A stretch of 64,000 nucleotides of DNA. It comes from Phoronis australis (Eukaryota; Animalia; Phoronida). The notes below the pieces were generated by a model. The model saw only the letters and a list, made by a program, of their open reading frames with translations, was not told where the DNA came from and made no database searches. The position numbers and the translations under genes are program-made. Below are positions 59,301 to 64,000 of this stretch, one piece after another. Location: assembly GCA_002633005.1 (NCBI GenBank), contig NMRA01000551.1:78809-142808 (forward strand), read 5' to 3'. Every line of letters begins with the position of its first letter. Within the stretch, counting starts at the first letter, position 1.

Positions 59301-62300
59301 CAGTGGTACTTAATTAAATCATTTTGCAGTTGTTTCTGAATTAACGAAAAGGAAGATTGGAACACTAAAACATGACATGCAGTTTGCACTATGTTTGAAT
59401 TTAGCTCAAAGAGAATCATGAACTATCTAAATGTTTTCAAGAAATAACCAGTGATTACATTAAGTTTTACAGCAAATTATGCAAACTAAACAATTACTGG
59501 TCTAAGCTTTCAAGTCCTTCATACTGGAAGTCCTCTGAAGTACTGTCCACACAAAGACTTGTCCTAGAACAAGTTACTCCTGGAACGAGTTGCTGCTAGG
59601 TTTGGAGGCTGTCTAGACGCTACTTAAGACAACTAGAACAAGTATATATATTCTGAAAGGAAAATAATCATAGATTATAGAAATATATTTTATATTTATG
59701 TGCCAATATAATTACTACGTTTACCTCCTTTTTTAAGTCATAATTTCATTTTTAAGAACGGTACATTCATAGCACAAATAACCCCTTGGTCGATTTTTAT
59801 GAAACCCTTTTTAAATGAAAAGTTCACAATTTACCTCAAAAAACGTTAGAAGGAATTTTTGATTACTGATTTAGTTATGTTTCTATGCCAAATCAACTTG
59901 CTAACGTATGGTATTTTCATAAAAAATAGCAGCCGTATTCCTATATGTTATGGTACACAAAAACTCGGCATTTACAAAGAAAATCCTAACAGCGCTTTTG
60001 AGATTGGTGAATAATTATTAAGATTGGAAAGTTTCGGTGAAATTCACCAGGCCATTTTCAAGAACTTGTGCTCCTAAGTTTGAAGTAGCCAAAGCTGAGA
60101 AAAAGCGTAAAACATCGCGGGCCGACAGTTATCGCATACTTATTCGGTAAAAACTTTTTGGTCAATACAACCAATACATGCCTTAACCATATTCGCTATT
60201 TCAAAATTCACATGCAATGTCAACTGAATTTGCAGTGCATAATTAACTTAATTATCACTAAAACGTTTTGAATCAATTAGGTCAAAAGGAGAAGCCAGCA
60301 GTAAGTAGACCAACAGTTCATTGTATACACACCACGCGCCGGGGAGAATGATATCAAGAAACCAAGTACAAACTGGACAATAGACATCAAGTCAGTGGTT
60401 AAAGCATGCTGTCAGCACAAGATCGAAACAGCAAATCAAATTATCGATCAAATTAATGAATTTTGGGAAGGATTTATCTTTTTTAACAACTTGCTGTGTT
60501 AGTGAACACTTAGTCAGAGGCAGACGCACAACTCCCTCAGGATAAAATCTATGTTTTATCTTCATTTTCCACGTGGCATCTTTCTATGCTATGTACACCT
60601 TGTTGACTCAATATTATGGCGACTCAGTGAATGAAAGGACAGTGGGTATATACGAACAGCTCTATGCCTGGCACCCAATTTTGTGAATAAGGTTTAAGAT
60701 ATCATTAAGGTCGAGCACCATGCCCTTACTTGTGACAGTTTACCCCACCTTATCAAAGTAAGCTAACTTGTTCTAGGGTAACTTATGCCACTTCTAATCG
60801 CTATGTGGCTGCAAACCTGGGGTGAGGAGGTAATTATAAGCTGCGGTTATAGATGGGTCTTCTTTCATGCTGTGTTCACACAATACAACAACTTCCACCT
60901 TGTGCTAGTTATCAAATATTTGTGAGTGGACGCTCCACTTAATGTGGCACAAGTTGCACTAGTACAAATTTTTCTAGGGTAAGTCTGTGTGAGGACGGGG
61001 CTTGATATGACGGTCCCAGATAGAATTCTCCTTGTCCTTGAAGTACGAAAACACGTTACATTGGCCTGTTTTGCAAATGTTGGGCTGATTTTAGGAATCC
61101 TGTAGGAAAATATCGCATTCATTGACACTTCTTAAGTATATCCGACTTTCTGCTGTTGGAGTTGCATCCCACAGCACAGCAGTAAAGTTGGTATTACAAG
61201 GTCACACATTAATGTAATGAAGTAAAACTTGAAATTTAACAAGGCATCCACAAATAACAAGAGAAACTCCAATGGTGCGAAAACGAGGCTAGAGAACAGC
61301 TTGACGTGTGTTGCAGCATTGTGGACAAATACCAGGAGAATCAAGTGTCGCTGTGTAATCCAGGACGATTCTATTGAATTACTAGTGGTGCGCTTATACT
61401 GCTCAGTTGGTTGATGAGACAGTATACTTGGATTGAGACTCTACCCTGAGAGGTCCTCCATAAATTACACATATAACACAAACATGGCAATGACAATGAA
61501 CACAAACTGAGTGTAGTTAAACAGCAAATTTTTTCCTGAACACATAGGCAGATAGTTCCAACTCATTGCCTATATTCCAAACAGGTGAGAAAACATCTCA
61601 AATGGCTCTGTCTTCAATGCTACGTGGGGGGTGACTGAACAAGATGAGGAGACTAATAATGTGTGTCAGAAGGACATAATATCAGGAAAGATGGAACATT
61701 TGAGTTGAAGGGTTTGAAAAAGAGCTGAATAGTAAGGGCGTATCTGGATCTGAATAGAGAGGGTGTATCTGGTTTCAATAAACACTAGACACAATACTGA
61801 ACATAAAATGCTGACAATGAAATAAGTGTGAACTCTACAAAAATGTTCTCAATTGTGATCCAATGCTTGTTCTTCCCTACCACTTCTTTTTCATTCAAAA
61901 CACCAGTATACAGTTACAGGACATTCCTAACCAGGCAATACATAATCAACCGTCCTCAATAATCAGGGACTAACTTGGCTAACTTCATCAATAACACAAA
62001 GATAACTGTGTGATAGCAAGAGATTCAAAAAACGCTGTTCAACGGATCCATTTTCCAAAATGACGTCAAGCAGCAGCAATTTTGCAAAACAAGTAAAGTA
62101 CATAAAGACTCCCAATTCACAATAATTGCTGAACATGTGGCCATGGCATTTGCAACATGAAACATTCAAGGCCAGTGCTACATGACTACCACCTTGTTTT
62201 CACACAGGATGCAGTGTGGATTTTGCAACACAAAAATGGAACACAAAATAACCAACCATTTTTTTTAGCAAAAGATACCAAAAATCAAAACAGAACCCAC

Positions 62301-64000
62301 CAAAGACGAATTTCTAGTGACCTTTTGCTCAGTAAAAGCTATGGTCTCAAGGCGGAAACGGACTATTTTTAGCAGCTGTTTGTACAACTGAGTGGACACA
62401 AAAAGGGAATCCATTGGTAGTGAGTTTCCATTACAAACATCACCCCTTCAAAAAGTTCTATTTTAGTAACAACCAACATTTTTTGTTTGTAGAGCTTTCA
62501 AAGGGATTCCCCTCATGGGGAACGGAATCAGAAAAGCACCTTTTCAATGGAATTAGGTAGGAAAAGGCACTCTTCTGTGTCCAGAAAAGCCCTATCTGAG
62601 CAACTTCTTCAGTAGAACCCGGAAACAAAACACACGATACAGAGAGGGCAAAGACAGGATTTCTCAACCTGATTCTTTGGACAAAGAATTGATTGCCTAT
62701 CCAACTCATTCTAAGCTGTACTTTACACTGGTAGGGTAATCATTCCAGCCCCAGATAGGTCTAGTACTCCTCACACTAACTCCAATGGCATGTAGGAAAG
62801 TAGCATTAACACACCTAAATAGGTATTATGGTAAATTTCCTGAAATTCAAACAAAAATAATTGCCAAAATGGTGATTTTTCATGTTAAAAATTACATCAA
62901 TAGTTTGTTGATGACGGATGTACAGTCACTATAAATTGTGCAAATAATGAAGCAAACTTTTCATTCTATATATATTATATTCAAAGATTTTCATAAATAA
63001 AATTTCATCAGTGTTCCACCATATTGTGTTCTAAATTGAGAAAAAACTTTACAGCAACACGTTTCTAATGCATGTCAACTGTGTGTATTCAGTGAGGTGA
63101 TTCTTTAGGAGTTTGACAAGATCACACTAGTGGTCATGTTTCGTGTGAAAGTTCATAACCTTATAAGCATACACTGGCAAATAACTGCTGAAAAAAAACA
63201 CTTCTCAGAATGTTGAATGGGAAAAATGCTAGTAAACTCAATACTTTTATTGCACTGGCCAAGAGGTCTTGATGCGTCTCTAGCATTACAGAACACGCCC
63301 CCAGGCCTTCAGTAAGTCTGAGCTTTATCAAAGAGCTTTATCACAAAGAGCAAGAAAGACAGAAAATGTTGAACAATGAGCAAAGTATTTGAAAATAAAC
63401 CAAAATTACAGGTATAAGGCCTACTGCTTCTTCTCAGCAACTTAAAACATTCCATTTGCAATCTGAGAAAAGAATTGTTTTTAGATTTTAAAACCTTACT
63501 AGCTTAGTAACAAAAATGGGAGTCCCTCCAACTGGAAAACACCTTCACACAATATTTTGCCTAAATACTTAACACGGCTCAAAGGAGTGAGGGCTTGTTG
63601 AAACAAAAATAATTTAAGGACAGACTAACATCAAAGTTATGATTAGACTTAATGTGACACTTTTGTTCAATTTATCACACCTAACAAGTCAAAGGAAAGT
63701 TTAAACAGCACAAAGAATGCAGAGTAATTTCATTTAACTTCTCATGGCAAATTGACAGCACATTTATTTACATTACTTGAACAAACGTAATATCAACAAT
63801 AAGCCTATCCCAAACATTTGTGTTAGTAGATAATTCACTGAAGGATACCAATAGTAAGGTTGTACCATTAACAACAGTGACTGACAGTTCCATGTACCTA
63901 AATAAATGTTTTCAAACCATTTCCTGCAGTCAAAACAACAAAGTTAAATAACAGCTATATATTCCAGGTATAGAAACAACAAACCAGCAAGTTCACAGTT

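Noticed and set aside
60865-61344. Possible Penelope GIY-YIG or other coding remnant (CxxxxCxT)
   Set aside because: Key motifs absent; similarity too weak to call

Overview
AT-rich eukaryotic genomic DNA from an animal, probably a marine invertebrate such as a mollusc (taxon is inference only). Two spliced genes converge tail-to-tail. The last two coding exons of RAD23 lie on + (1057-1221, 2766-2873). An almost complete peroxidasin (PXDN) gene lies on - (20 coding exons, 37940->7615; 5 LRR, LRRCT, 4 Ig, haem peroxidase, VWC); all junctions are GT-AG and frame-consistent, about 1411 aa. Its signal-peptide/LRRNT exon was not found, so 37941-64000 is probably part of a >26 kb first intron. The introns hold many repeats: several minisatellites, LINE 3' fragments, a ~1.3 kb fold-back palindrome, an internally deleted Kolobok-like transposon (TTAA target, THAP remnant) inside a 30-bp satellite, a TTAA-flanked MITE, a Helentron/DINE-like element with five co-oriented CTCF-consensus motifs at ~145 bp spacing, and a non-autonomous Helitron. 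I found no prokaryotic-type system (CRISPR, operon) and no clearly new gene system. The best leads are the non-coding structures: the palindrome, the CTCF-motif array and the Kolobok remnant.
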